Positions 13,019-25,700 of a stretch of 64,000 bases of DNA are shown piece after piece. The DNA comes from Penicillus capitatus (taxonomy: Eukaryota; Plantae; Chlorophyta). Location: NCBI GenBank assembly GCA_965649825.1, contig OZ287704.1, forward strand, positions 298,101-362,100. Reading direction: 5' to 3'. The position numbers and the translations under genes were made by a program. Every line of letters starts with the position of its first letter. Position 1 is the first letter of the stretch. The notes under the pieces were generated by a model. The model was not told the DNA's origin and did no database searches. It saw only the letters and a list, made by a program, of their open reading frames with translations.

Positions 13019-14685
13019 ATGACGCCGGAATGGAGTGTCAAAGGAGAAGGACGCGCAAACGTGGTGTTTGAGTATACAGGCAGCGATTCTGATTGGGTAA
13101 CCCGATCGATGCTGCTCAATCGCGACACTCAATGGGTCTTCAGCGCGGAAAGGTCCTCCGAGTGGCAAAGAAACGACAGATAGAACTGGAACTCGGCGCT
13201 GAGGAGCTCGAAAAAGAGCTGTGGCAAGGGACAGCCCTGACGGACAAGACAAGTCGGTCGCTTAGCCATGTCCTTCAGTTCTGCCCGACATCGTGCTGTA
13301 GCAAGATTGGAAAAGAACGTCGCCTATGTTCAGTCCGTCATCGGGCCGAAACTCGGACAGCATTTTATTGAACATGGAGTGAGAATGCCTCGCTCTGGAT
13401 GGCGCGTCTAAGTGTGGCGGCGGTGATGATTGGTTAGAAAATTGTGGAGGTTCCACGCGATCTCTGCGTGAGGCATGGGGTCGAGTGTCAGGGATGGCTA
13501 TTGCCAGACAGCACCGTCTTTACAGAGGAAGGTATGACCGAACTAGCAGAAAGATGGATGGTTCTTTGAATGGTAGAGGAGGATGGGTGGCGTGACTGTG
13601 AACGTGTGTTTAGTCTGGAAATGAAACCAAAGTGCGGTTTCATTCCGGATGCGAAGACGATCGATGCATCGAATGCATTAAAGAAGAAAGCACCCCGTTT
13701 TCTGCTCCATCAATACCTCAAGCTCAAACAGGCGGATGACGTGCTCTGGCCTGTTCGCCAACTGACGGTTGCGTTTAGGGAAGGATCCCGCACATGAGTG
13801 ATTACTCACCATTGGAGTTATTTTCGGAGAATGTTCCCCAAATGCAACGCGCTTTGATGAAATTGATGCATAAGCCGCAGGTGCGTTCCTGCCGCTCCGA
13901 TTCTGGAAGAGAGACTCACCGTCATGGTCGATTTCCAGAATAATTTAGCGCTGTTTGTGGACGGCAAGAGACTGCCAGTGACAGAAGACGGGTTGATGAA
14001 TGCACCTGTATTTAGGGTGTTGCAAGAAGTCCTCTCTCCTCTCCTCACCCACCAGAATCGCAAAACGATTGCAGTGCTCTTAACAGATCTTGTGGCCAAA
14101 GTGCTGCACAAGGAAGGTCAGTGATCGCCATTGCGCCCTCTCTGTTGTTAAGACGTATTGCGAACAGGCATCCTGAAAAGGATTCTGGCAGTTCAGAAAC
14201 TAGATAGGTATGATATCGAAGGCATCTACCCACTCTACTGTCATCTAAGAGACCAACGCATCCGCCATGCCGCAAAGGATGGAATCTCTTGTCGATTGGC
14301 ACACGTTCCTGATCGCTTATCGACGGAAAAGAATCGCAGAACGATGAGTCTAAGTTGTCTAAAAGCTCAGGAGTCATTGAAGCAGCTCTCTGTCGATGCG
14401 CAGCTTCGTCTGCTACGAGATTGGTTGATTGCCACCACTGCAAAAGACTGCAGTATCTTTCTCACTTTCTGCGTGGTCCGAACACGCGATGGTGAGGATC
14501 GGGTGTCGTCGAAGACACGCTTTCCCCATTCGTTGACAATAGAGGACAGCAACGTTAAGCTTCTTTACAAAGTTCAGTTATGTGATTTAGACTGGAAACC
14601 GCTTTCTAAAATACCTTACCAATTTCAGCTGGACCAGCACATTCTGACAGCTGCTGAAAAGTACAGGGACGTGTATTCTTTTTGA
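13019..14685 (+). CDS. IPK1: Inositol-pentakisphosphate 2-kinase; multi-exon
   Basis: MTPEWSVKGEGRANVVFEY...GKVLRVAK, LEMKPKCGF, QKLDRYDIEG, WLIATTAKDCSI and DLDWKPLSKIPYQFQLD are IPK1 family motifs. Confidence 0.9.
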
Positions 14686-15449
14686 TTGGTGGTCAGCGTG
14701 TGCATGGGGCGGAGCGTCGGTGGAATGCTGCACGTACATGCGACAGTACACGGGTAGGCACATCGTCGCAGAGAGGCATGACGGTGATATGGCCATGTTC
14801 GTCCTTGGACGAGACCATGACACAAGTGTCTCTCCATCCACTCCTGACTCTTCTCATTGTCGAGAGAGTGCGTCTCTCTCTTCGGCAGTGAAATCTTGAC
14901 GCCGCGCGGCCGGCGGCGAAAGAGAGAGAATGGCACTTTTTATTCGACAGGCATCACGCGGCTCCATTACGTGTATACGTGGACCTCGTCACAGCGAAAG
15001 GAAACCCAGTGCCGCGTGTCTCTGGACTGGACGACGGATGCGTGAGCTCCATCATGCGGTTTGTCGATTGTTATGCCCTTCTCGCTTTGTTCACCGTTCG
15101 CGTACTGTCTAAAAATTACAGTTATCGAGTGGCGGTTGCTTCCATTGCGGAAGAGCCATGAGGACCATCCGAATGTCAGGTTCTCGTTCGGCGAGGTCCA
15201 TCGGTTAAGGACGATTAAAAATGAATGGTCCGACGACCAAAGGTCGTAGTGAGATCCAACAGAACGGGTGGCCCAACCGACGATCAAGAGTCTCTACCAC
15301 AAAGTTGCTTCCGACGTGGTTACATAGTCCTATTTCGATGGCTCTCGGCGCACCTTCGGTTAACAAGCTGCCTACAAATACCGAAGCAGTTTCCCATGCA
15401 ATCACTATCGTTTTGGTAAACGTTCGAAGTGTTTGGGCTCTTTGACAAC

Positions 15450-17242
15450 ATGAAGCTTTCTACGGCGCTCCTTTCAGTCGTTGTGCTCCTCGTGCGTCTT
15501 CATGCGAACCTGCGATTGAAAGCCTGGCTAAATGTGGAACGCAGGGGGCCTTGTCAACTGTGTCTGCACGTTCAGTTTTGACTTTGCCAGGTAGACAATC
15601 ACACCCAAACACCGTTCGTCTATGAACCATGGGACGGGGGAGACGTTAAGCTTCGCCGTTTGTCACGTCAATTTCAAAAATTCGTTGCGTCTCGTGTATC
15701 ACATTGAACGGGACGACGATGTGTCGAATTCCGCCCGAGGTTCTCTCCCTTTTTCGAGTCGAAATGGGATAGTCGGTCGGATTAGAAATGCCTGCTCGTT
15801 CTGCCTGTGACTGAGCATCGATACGTTTCTCGCTTATCGTTTGAGGAATGGATAACCGTTAGTAGAATTCCGCAGGCGAATGGTCGATTCACTTGCGCCC
15901 GGAGTCGTAGAAATTTCAAAATCGAGACAACGCATGCTTTGTCGCCCATTGAGGACGCCGATGCCTCTATCGTTTTACTAACTGCCTTCTTAACGCAACC
16001 GTTGTGAATCGATCGCTCTTTCACCACGTTCAGTCATGGGCTAACAATGGTATGATGCTTTGTAGCAGCAAAATGTGGTTATGACAGCTGCGACAAGTGT
16101 GCTTTCCCTCTCAAATGCGTGTCAGAAGAGAAGGACGAATGCAAACGTATGAGTGTTGTCTGTGTCATGATGATGCTTATGTATGTTTGTATTGAGCAGC
16201 TGTTTGCACAATTGTGAAAGACGATTGCAACAAAGGTAAGTTTGTTCCCTACACGTTTGCGTTCTTATCACATGGCTGCAGATTATGTTCCAAAGGAAAA
16301 ATGCGAGACGAAATGCGTAAAGGTGCCGTTCAAAAAGTGCGACAACAAAGAGGTGGAGAAATGTGATGTGAAAATTGAGAAAGTCTGCAAGAACGTGCCC
16401 AAGAAAGAGTGCAAACCTGTGAAGAAGCAAAAATGCGAAGATGTGCCGAAGAAGGTCTGCAAGAAAGTCCCAGATACTGTTTGCAAGAAAGTTCCCGATG
16501 TGAAATGCTACGACGTTCCAAAACAAGAATGCAAATACGTGCCAGACTGCAAAGAGGTCATTGTCCCGAAATGCATCGATGTCCCTGAGAAGAAATGCGA
16601 GAAGAAGCCTGAGAACAAATGCATTTACGTGCCGAAGAAGGTCTGCAAGAAAGTGCCAAAGACAGAGTGCCCGAAGGTTTACAAACCATGCAAGCTGGGG
16701 GACAAATATTGCACATCCCCCAAGTGCATTACCGTCTATAAGGATGAATGCAAGGTCGAGAAGGAGGAAAAGTGCACGCCTGTCTACAAAAACGATTGCA
16801 AAACCGAATATGTGAAGAAATGCGTCGACGAAAAGAAGAAGGTCTGCGACAAGAAGGAGGTCTGCTTCACTAAGACAGAGAAGAAGTGCGAGAAAACTCA
16901 GAAAGACGAATGCAAGACAATCGAGAAAGAAGAATGCGAGACCATTACAGAGACAGTGTGCAAGTATGTCGACGAAGTAGAATGCGATGACAAACTGGTG
17001 CCAAAATGCGAAGACGTTCCGAAAAAGAATTGTTACACTGTTACCGTACCTGACTGCAAGACTGAGTTCAAGGATGAGTGCAAGGAAGAATGCAAGCCCG
17101 TGCCAAGTAAGGACGACATGTCCTGTTGCGTGTGTATGAATAGTGCGTGATGCTCTTTGCAGGTATCCCTAAACCCTGTGAACCGAAGAAGGTTTGCAAA
17201 CCGGTCTGTGTAAAGAAGATTTCTTACTGTTGCAAATACTGA
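15450..17242 (+). CDS. Secreted cysteine-rich C-x7 repeat protein A (K/E/V/P-rich), about 6 exons
   Basis: Signal peptide MKLSTALLSVVVLLGALSTVSA assembled from exons 15450-15491 and 15545-15590. Main exon in ORF 16242-17150 has CKKVPxxV-type repeats; last exon ends KKISYCCKY* (TGA 17240-17242). Confidence 0.85.
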
Positions 17243-18324
17243 GGCAAGTACAGAGAAGGAGGGATACTTGTCCTGTTTTGCCGTTCTGCCATTCCGAAAC
17301 ATCAACTTATGACTCAATAGATTGTAGATAGATTATCGCTGTGTACAGTGCTGCGAATTTTCACGGATGCAATGCAGCGCCTGTGATCTCTATCTCTAAG
17401 AAGCATAAAGTATTGTTCACGAACTATTCTTGTCTGCCGAGTTGTGATAAAACGCGATTGCTGCGCGTTGGTTTCCTTTCTTTGTTGACCTGAGACTGAC
17501 ACCCCAGTTGGGAGAGCACGTCGTTGCTGAACAATCCGGTTGATTGAAATCATTTAACCTACTTGAAATTTGTGATACATGAGCTTCTTTCTCGCGTACG
17601 TTCGCCGATGTCGTGCCACGGGCAGAGTACATCTGCCGCTGTGCGAGGAGACATTCTTGGTAACATGCAAAGCGACCTGTCAGGTGACAGTTCTTATCTC
17701 TCAGACTTCCTGCCCCGTCTCAGCGGAAAAAGCTAAACCATTGATTCTGTTTCGTTTCAATACGCCATTCCATGCCTTCGTATGAAGGCTAGAATCTTCA
17801 GCTGCGTTTGAAGAACGGTCGGCTGTTTGCATGAAATTTTTCCGAGGTGGAAATGTCGAACATTTCTTGTCTCGAATGGCTCTTAGCCACAGCAGTCCTC
17901 TCAAATGGCTCAAATCGCTCACCGAGACAGTTCATCCCTTGCTGGCTTCGTACCACAGGATGTAACGCGACCTTGGACGGCCAAAGAGGCCACTGTCTAG
18001 TGGTCGAGGAACAACGAGGCAATCTATTCGTTGTATTTGAGTCAACACCAACCAACAGCCAACAACGCATTCGCTTTTCTGTGTCTCAGAGGGATTCAAG
18101 GGAGAAAACGGTTTGAAACTGTCCCCTCAGAGCAGCGGTCCTCCTGTCTCGATCTATTGATGGACATGCTGAAATCAACGTGAGGTTTGCAGAAGAAGTT
18201 CTGCCACAACCATAGGAACAGCGGTTAGATTGTTCGTGCGGGCGAGCATAAATTCTGAAGCAGGCTTTCTTTGGCACTCGACTCCACTGCACTTGCCATT
18301 TTTTTGCGAAGAATCCTGACAACG

Positions 18325-20515
18325 ATGCGTACGTTCCTGCTTTGGTCCGTTGCATGTATCCTACTGGTATGCTCTTTACCTTCTCGGCATACGCGGCATC
18401 TGAGACTACATTGCTTTAGAGTACAGCCTTCCGCTCCGAGGCACGTACCTTGCAAGGCGAAAAGGATATTGAAATCACTATCACAAGTACGAAAGCCAAG
18501 GCGTTTAGGGCGTCGACCATTAACGGATTGTCGTTGTGTAGCTTGCGACTATTGTAAGCCTGGATACAAATGCGTTGCAAAGAAGTTCCAAGCATGCTCA
18601 GACGGTACGCTTGCTTTGATATTCATAGGCCCGTGAAGAATTCTGTGTGCTGCAGAACAAATCTGCGAAGACGCGGAAGTGTGCGTTCCTGGTAAGCCTT
18701 AGCAGACGCCTCGGTCTTTGGCGGTTACACTTGTGGGTGGTGCAGATCCGAATCCGCCGAAGATTTTCTGCGAACACGAAGAGAAATGCGAGACCGTTTC
18801 CAACAAAACGTGCAAGAAGATTGACATTGAAGAGTGCGAAGAGATTATTGAAAAGAAATGTGGACCAGTTCCTCGCAAGGAGTGCAGACTGGTGGCAAAG
18901 AAAGAAAACTGCCGCATGACTCAGGAGGAAGTGTGCGACAAAGTGCCAGAGCACGTCTGCACGAAAGTCCCGAAGGAGGTCTGTGACAAAGTGCCAGACA
19001 AGGAATGCAAGAAAGTTCCGGAGAAGGTCTGCAAGAAGGTCCCCGAGAAGGTTTGCAAGAAAGTTCCCGAAGACATCTGCAAAAAAGTGCCGGAGGAAGT
19101 GTGCACAAAAGTCCCTGACAAGGAATGCAAGAAAGTTCCTGAGAAAGTTTGCAAGAAAGTTCCGGAAGACGTATGCGAAGATGTGAAGGATCAGGTCTGC
19201 ATTCCCGTTGAAAAGTGTGACAAAGTGCCACGCGAAGTCTGTAAACCAGTCGAGAAGCTCGACTGCCCTACAAAGAAAGTGGAGGAATGTAAAAAGGTCC
19301 CTCAAGAGAAGTGTGACAAGGTGAAGGTGCCATTCTGCAAGACGGTTCCCGAAGAGGAATGCAAGATCGTCAAAACCAAAAAGTGTGATAAGGTTCCAGA
19401 ACAAAAGTGTGAGAAAAAGACGAAGAAGGTGTGCGGAGACCTGGACGATGGCAAGTGTAAGACGATCCCGATTAACATCTGCAAAGAAGTGCCGAAGAAG
19501 GTCTGCAAGCCAGAGCCAAAGAAGTTCTGCGGTGACGAACTGGATGGCAAGAAGGCCGGTTTTGGATGTATCATCAAGGACGATGTCGTCTGCAAAGAAG
19601 TGTATCAAAAAGTTTGCGCAAAGATCGAGAAAGAGATCTGTAAAGGCTACGGATTCCCACTCTGCGAAGATGTCGAGGAGGAAGAGTGTGAGGAGGTGGT
19701 CGTTGACAAATGTGAAGATGTCGATGAGGAAGTGTGTGACATCGTTGACAAGAAAGTGTGTGACGAAGTCGAAGAGGACAAGTGTGAAACGATTGAAGTC
19801 GATGATTGCAAACTCGTTGACAAAACCGACTGCAAGACGATCACGGAGGAGAAATGCGAGACGATCTTGGAAAACAAGTGTACAACGGTGGACGACTGCA
19901 AGGATATCGTGAAGAAAGATTGCAAGAAGGTCGACAAAGACGTGTGCGAAGACATCGAGAAGGATGTCTGTGAAGACATCGAGAAAGATGATTGCAAGTT
20001 TGTGGAGAAAGATGTCTGCGAAAAAGTCGACAAAGACGTGTGCGATGATATCGAGAAGGATGTCTGTGAAGACATCGAGAAAGATGAGTGCAAAGATATC
20101 GAGAGAGATGTGTGCACAACGATTGAGGAAGTCGCCTGCAAAGATATCGAGAAAGAAGTGTGCAGCCTGGTAGACAAAGAGGTTTGCGATTCGAAAGAAG
20201 AACCGGAGTGTAACTATAAAGACTATGAGGAATGTATCGATACAATCAAGAAGGGCAACTGTCAACTTGTTGCCAAAGACGTCTGCAATGATGAGCCCAA
20301 GGAAGTGTGCAAGCAAGTCCCAACTGGCAAGTGTGACATTCCACCCGGTAAGGCCATATCCATGACATCTGGTTCGCTCTGATGATGAATGATCTGTAGC
20401 TGAGAAATGCGGCAATACTGCTTGTGCTTATGGTACAATGTGTGAGATAAAGAATCAATGCCGACCTGCTCACTGCAAAGAGAAGGAAGGATACTGTTGC
20501 CTGCCTCTCTGGTGA
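18325..20515 (+). CDS. Secreted cysteine-rich C-x7 repeat protein B (basic N-half, acidic C-half), about 6 exons
   Basis: Signal peptide MRTFLLWSVACILLSTAFRSEA. Main exon in ORF 18718-20382 has CKKVPEKV then CEDIEKDV repeats; last exon ends EKEGYCCLPLW* (TGA 20513-20515). Confidence 0.87.
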
Positions 20516-20904
20516 TCCACCAAACCAAAGAATTTTCTGTCGGTGCGCTACATGCCACCGTCCGCATATTTTATAAGATGAATTGAAGCTAACTTGGGAG
20601 ACGCTTCGCCAAAGTAATAAGTGGTATGTGACGGACTTGATCTGCGATTTTTTGAGACATGACTCCTAAGTCGAGATCCCTACGTCTACCGCTCTTTCTG
20701 CTGTTACCAGTTAATGTGTCTGGTGGAATTTCCTCGTCATTTGATTACACAAGCAATCGATGGCAGTATGGGTTTGAACTCGCTGCCGTGGATTTAATGG
20801 GTTTGTTTGACACATAAATCGAGTTGACTGAATCTAATTCATTCTGTTTTGCAATATCCTCTTCTCAACGCGCGACGCATGCAGAACACGTCGTCTCGCA
20901 GAAA

Positions 20905-22505
20905 ATGGAGTCCGACAAGAGGTCACTCTACTGAACGCATTCATCAGCTCTCTTAGTAGCCATGAGAATCAGGCGTGGCCAATCGGTACCAAGCATCGAA
21001 GTCGCATGAAAGCAACGATGCCTATATGGAAAGGTTCGAAACGGCCTTCCGGAATCTACAGACACTCAATCTCGAGACAAAGCCCAGGTGAGAGGTCTCT
21101 AAGTTTCGCCGCCCTGTTGGTGATGATGGCGACGACTTTCAACGTGCGCGACGATTCTGATGGTCACGTGCGACGACGTGTCGTGTCACAGTTCGTCGTC
21201 GGTCGAGACGGAATACAAAGGTCCGACCTCTGCGCCATCGCCGCAGAAAAGTTACGCAAAGTCGAGATGGGCACATGCAGAAGTCCAATCAATTGCAGGG
21301 ATAGATCCAGATCCAGGTAAGGACGACGCGTAGCGGCGGCCGATCTGTGACGTCAGTATTGACAGATACATCACTCGATATCTCATCGCTTCCGCTGCTA
21401 TGCAGCAGCGTTGACGAACACGGCGACGAAATCGCCGTCGGTTCGGCAGATCACGGCGTCTACGTTGTCGATCTCGTCAAAAAACGGATCAAGCGGACGC
21501 TCTATACGAAGAGACATGGACACAGCGAGTATGTGTGTTCGCAGCCATTGGCGTACGGATCGTTATTCTGTGTCTGTCAGGTGGGTGACATGTGTGACGC
21601 ATACAGACGAGGGTCGGGTCGTTTCTGGAGGCATGGACAGCAAACTGTGTCTGTGGCACCGAGATGCGACGACATGTCTCGATCTCATCGGCCACCAAGG
21701 CTCCATCTCCGGCGTCAAATGCCATGGAGAGGCGATCGTGAGTGCCAGCTACGATAAAACAGTGAGAATCTGGAACGGTCGGAATGGCAGAGGCTATGCG
21801 ACACTTACCGAACATGCGGCGCCGATTCTGGATCTCATCTCCGGTCCGGCGCATCTCATGGCCACAAGAGATCGAGGTGGAAGCGCCATCATCTGGGATA
21901 CCGCATCGGCGGCACTCGTATGGCGTTTAAAGAAGATTCACAAAGGGCATGTGACGGCCATGGAGTGGATTCCGTCAAATGCATCCACTGCCGCACCTGA
22001 CCATCACCATTTCTTAACGGGAGGTCACGATGGGTTCCTGAGAATGTGGGATCTCCGCGATCGTGCCAATGTCTTCAAAGCCAAAGTCCACGGTGTTCGA
22101 GACACCGCCGCCGTCAACGTGATTCTGACCCATCCCGTCAACACGAATCTCCTCATCACCTGCGGCGCAGATAAAAGCGTCAAAGTACGGCGCGTCGAGA
22201 TGGATCGAAAGGACGATGTCGATGTCTAGGTCTGGGATCGTCGCGATGCCTGTGCCAGTTCGTTGTGGGAAGTGGGTCTGCTCGATTCTCCGTACTCTGC
22301 CGGATTCTTCGGTCGTCTGTTGATCTGCAGCGGAGGCGATGGATCGCTTCTCGTTTTGGACGTTGAATCGCTGGACGTCAAACAAATGATCAACACCCAG
22401 CAACACGCCATGCGGTTCATCCATGCCATTCCCAATCAGCTGATCTGTGGAGGAGATGCTGGAAACCTCTTCCTCTACAATGCCACGTCCACCTCGTCTG
22501 CTTAG
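20905..22505 (+). CDS. WD40-repeat protein of unknown function; 5' exons uncertain
   Basis: GHSEWVTCV..GRVVSGGMDSKLCLW, GHQGSISGVK...SASYDKTVRIW and HKGHVTAMEW...LTGGHDGFLRMWD repeats. Confidence 0.8.
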
Positions 22506-22724
22506 CATCGACACGACTCTGTGCAGATGGGTGTGTTGCGCGCGATCGTGCTCCGACGAAACGATTCAAAAAATAGTGTCCTTCCTTACATGTCGAATCG
22601 AGAAAGAGATAACGGAACAATTGTCAACCATCAACGCATCCTGACTTTTCGCTATCGAAGTCACGATGCGATGAACGTGCTTCACAAAAATCAATTAACA
22701 AATGACAAGAATCGTCGACCGATC

Positions 22725-25700
22725 TCACGGGTGTTGCTTTGGAGACGTCGCTTCGTCCAAAAGGTAAACGAGACCTCTGAAATTGAATCCGCTGTGATTC
22801 GATAGTGACATCTCACATGTACGACTGGTTGAGTAACCATCTTTGCAGTCGGATGGATAGCTCATGTGTTGCAGAGCCGAAGCAGTCAGCTCAGGATATC
22901 GCATGCCACGATCGCCGGCCATCCCGCAGCAGGGAACGCCGCTGGGGACCACCTCGTGTGCACACTTGCTCGCCAGTTCCAAGAAACTGCGTTCGATGCC
23001 CATCTTCTTGGAAGAACAGGGGACATGAACGGCGATGGAATCACGAACCTTCGTAAATTCGAGCTTGTCCATCATGAAGAGCTTGAAGAAAGTGACTGGC
23101 TCATAGAGTGAGAATCTGAGTTTGGAATTGGCACCTCCGCTCTTGATCGTGTAGAGACAGGGGCTCGTGTCACACACGACAGGATATTTGCCATTCTCTG
23201 ATGCTTCGAGAATGGCTTCTTCCATTTCATTTAGTTTGTTCTGGGCAGCTGTTTTGAATCCTCTCGTGTTGAACATCATGCCGCAGCACAGGTTCTTAAC
23301 GCCCTTTGGGTAGATCACCTCAAAATTAGCTTTTTGGAACAGAGAGAGCAGCTTCTCGTGAACTGAAGCCGTTTCGGAGTCGCCATGAGCAGGTCCCATC
23401 ATACGGGTGACACAGGCGGGTATATAAACGACTTTCTGAGGCACTTTGGACGCGGATGGCTGGACTGGATAGGGATCGGGCAATTTGGATGCACCCTTTG
23501 GCATGTAAGGATTCCAGGCGGGAACATAGTTCCCCGACAGCCGATTGAGCGCCTCCGAGATTTTCACCAGCGGCGTGGAACCCATAATCCGATGCGAAAA
23601 GCTCACGGCATTCAGCAACGGTGGCACCATGGTGTTCATGAATCCAAAGTTGTTCGCCAGGGAGATCGAGATGCGATTGGCCGTTGTCTGCGGTTCCAAC
23701 AGATCCACTCTGAGCGATTTAATCAGCTCTCCCGTATTGATCTTCACCGGACACTTCTCTTGACACATGCCATCTGCTGCACACGTCTGCTCGCCCTGAT
23801 ACTCAAAGAGCTCTTCAAATTCCTTCAGCCTCTCCTCCTCCTGCGGCGTCTTCTGTGACAAGGCTCTCAAACGGTTGATCTCACGGAAGACAGTGATACG
23901 CTGACGAGGGGTCAGACTGAGATCTCTGGAAGGACAGTTACTCTCACAGAAACCGCACTCAATGCAACGGTTGACGATGTCGTGAGCTGGAGGACTAGGT
24001 TTTAAGAACTTGACGTGTGTGGAGGGATCTCTGTTGAGCACGACACCTGGATTGAGAATGTTCTCTGGATCGAACAGCGCTTTCAGTTCCCACATTAATT
24101 CATAAGCCTTCGTTCCCCATTCCATCTCCACAAAAGGTGCAACATTCCTCCCTGTTCCGTGCTCTCCTTTCAGCGATCCGCTGTACTTTGTAGCCACGAT
24201 GTAGCTCATCTCTGACATCATGTCTGAAAAACGCTGCACTTCTTCTGTGGTACGAAAGCCTTGGGAGAAGATGAGATGCAGATTGCCTTCCAGCGCGTGT
24301 CCCAGACAGCAAGCATCATTGTAACCATAGCGCTGGAACATGTCAATGAGATCTGAGGTCATGGCTGCGAGATTGTGGACGGGACATGCCACATCTTCAA
24401 TCAACATGGATGTTCCTGTCTCTCTTGCGGCGCCCACCATTGGAATCAATCCCTTGCGCACATTCCAGTATGTTGTGTAGACTTCGACATCCTCAGTGAA
24501 GGGATAGGCATCGAGTGCCTTGAGAGAATTGGCTTGGTTCCCAAAACGGATTTTCCCTTCTTCCAACACATTGCTGACCTCTTTGATGCGTTCTTTCAGA
24601 TCATCGGCCGACCGTCCTCTACACTCAATCAGCAATGCAGCTGCCATAGGGTCTGCGCCATCGATATCTGGTACGAGCTTTGGCATCGTCTCATGCAGCA
24701 TACATTCTCTGAGACATGCACGATCAAAAAGCTCAACGGCATCGACCGATGTGCCGTCTCTCAACAGCGAAGCCGCCCTGCACGACAGCTGCCTCGCTCT
24801 GATCATGTGTAAAAAGAATGGAACGTACGTGCAGGCATCTTCCAAATGCGGAAAGACAATGAACGCTGAAGCTTTGTGTGGCCATTCAGGAACGGTATTG
24901 TACGTTGCTTGAGAGATGAAAGCAAACGTCCCTTCGGATCCAATCATCAGTCTTTTGACAATCTCAATGGGATCAGAAATCGGAAAATCGACCAAAGCAT
25001 TCAGAGAGTAGCCCGTTGTACATTTGATCGAGAACTTCCTCCGAATGAGACTCACCAGTTCTCTATCCTTCTGCACGCGTTGGACGAGCGACACAATTCC
25101 AGCAATCAGCTTCTTGTGACTCTGTAGGAATGCCTCGCGACTGGCTGGGTCACTCGTGTCCAATACTGTTCCATCCGCAAAGACGATACGCATGTCCCTC
25201 AATGTATGATACGTATTCTGCGATACGCCGCAGCACATTCCTGACGAATTGTTGGCCACGATGCCGCCAATCATGCAGCTATCGATCGACGATGGATCCG
25301 GTCCGATCTTGTACTGCACGGGGAGCTTGTGTTTGTTCTGGTATGATTTGAGAATTCGATTCACTTCTCCGCCGATCAGTCCCGGCTGCACCGTGATGGA
25401 ACTCCCATCTTCCTAACAAGACCATGCCGTACTCAGTAGATGACTTTCGTCCAACTACGTGGTCCTTACATGGACTGTATAGTCTCGGAAATTCTTTCCG
25501 GTGTGCGAAAGCTTAAGTAAGACGGAATCAGTGATAGCCTGTCCCGAGAGCGATGTGCCTGCTGCTCGAAAAGTCACTGGGACTTTGTGTTTCGAGGCGA
25601 TGGGCAAAATGCGTCGAATCTCTTCTTCGTTAATCACTTTGACGACGAGTTTGGGATTGAGGCGATAGAAACTGGCGTCGGTGCCGTACGCAAAGGTTCG

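Noticed and set aside
14690-15445. Small gene between IPK1 and Cys-rich protein A
   Set aside because: Several short ORFs on both strands, but no consistent spliced model or family motif could be built.
17250-18320. Coding or mobile element between the two Cys-rich genes
   Set aside because: Only short ORFs without motifs, terminal repeats or splice consistency; treated as terminator/promoter DNA.
16242-20382. Titin PEVK, alveolin/articulin or metallothionein identity for the Cys-rich proteins
   Set aside because: The resemblance is only compositional (K/E/V/P or Cys). Signal peptides and strict C-x7 mirrored spacing fit none of these families.
18598-20415. 605-aa minus-strand ORF and other long ORFs over the Cys-rich genes
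   Set aside because: Antisense shadows of a repetitive, codon-biased coding strand. The plus strand has the signal peptide and splice sites.
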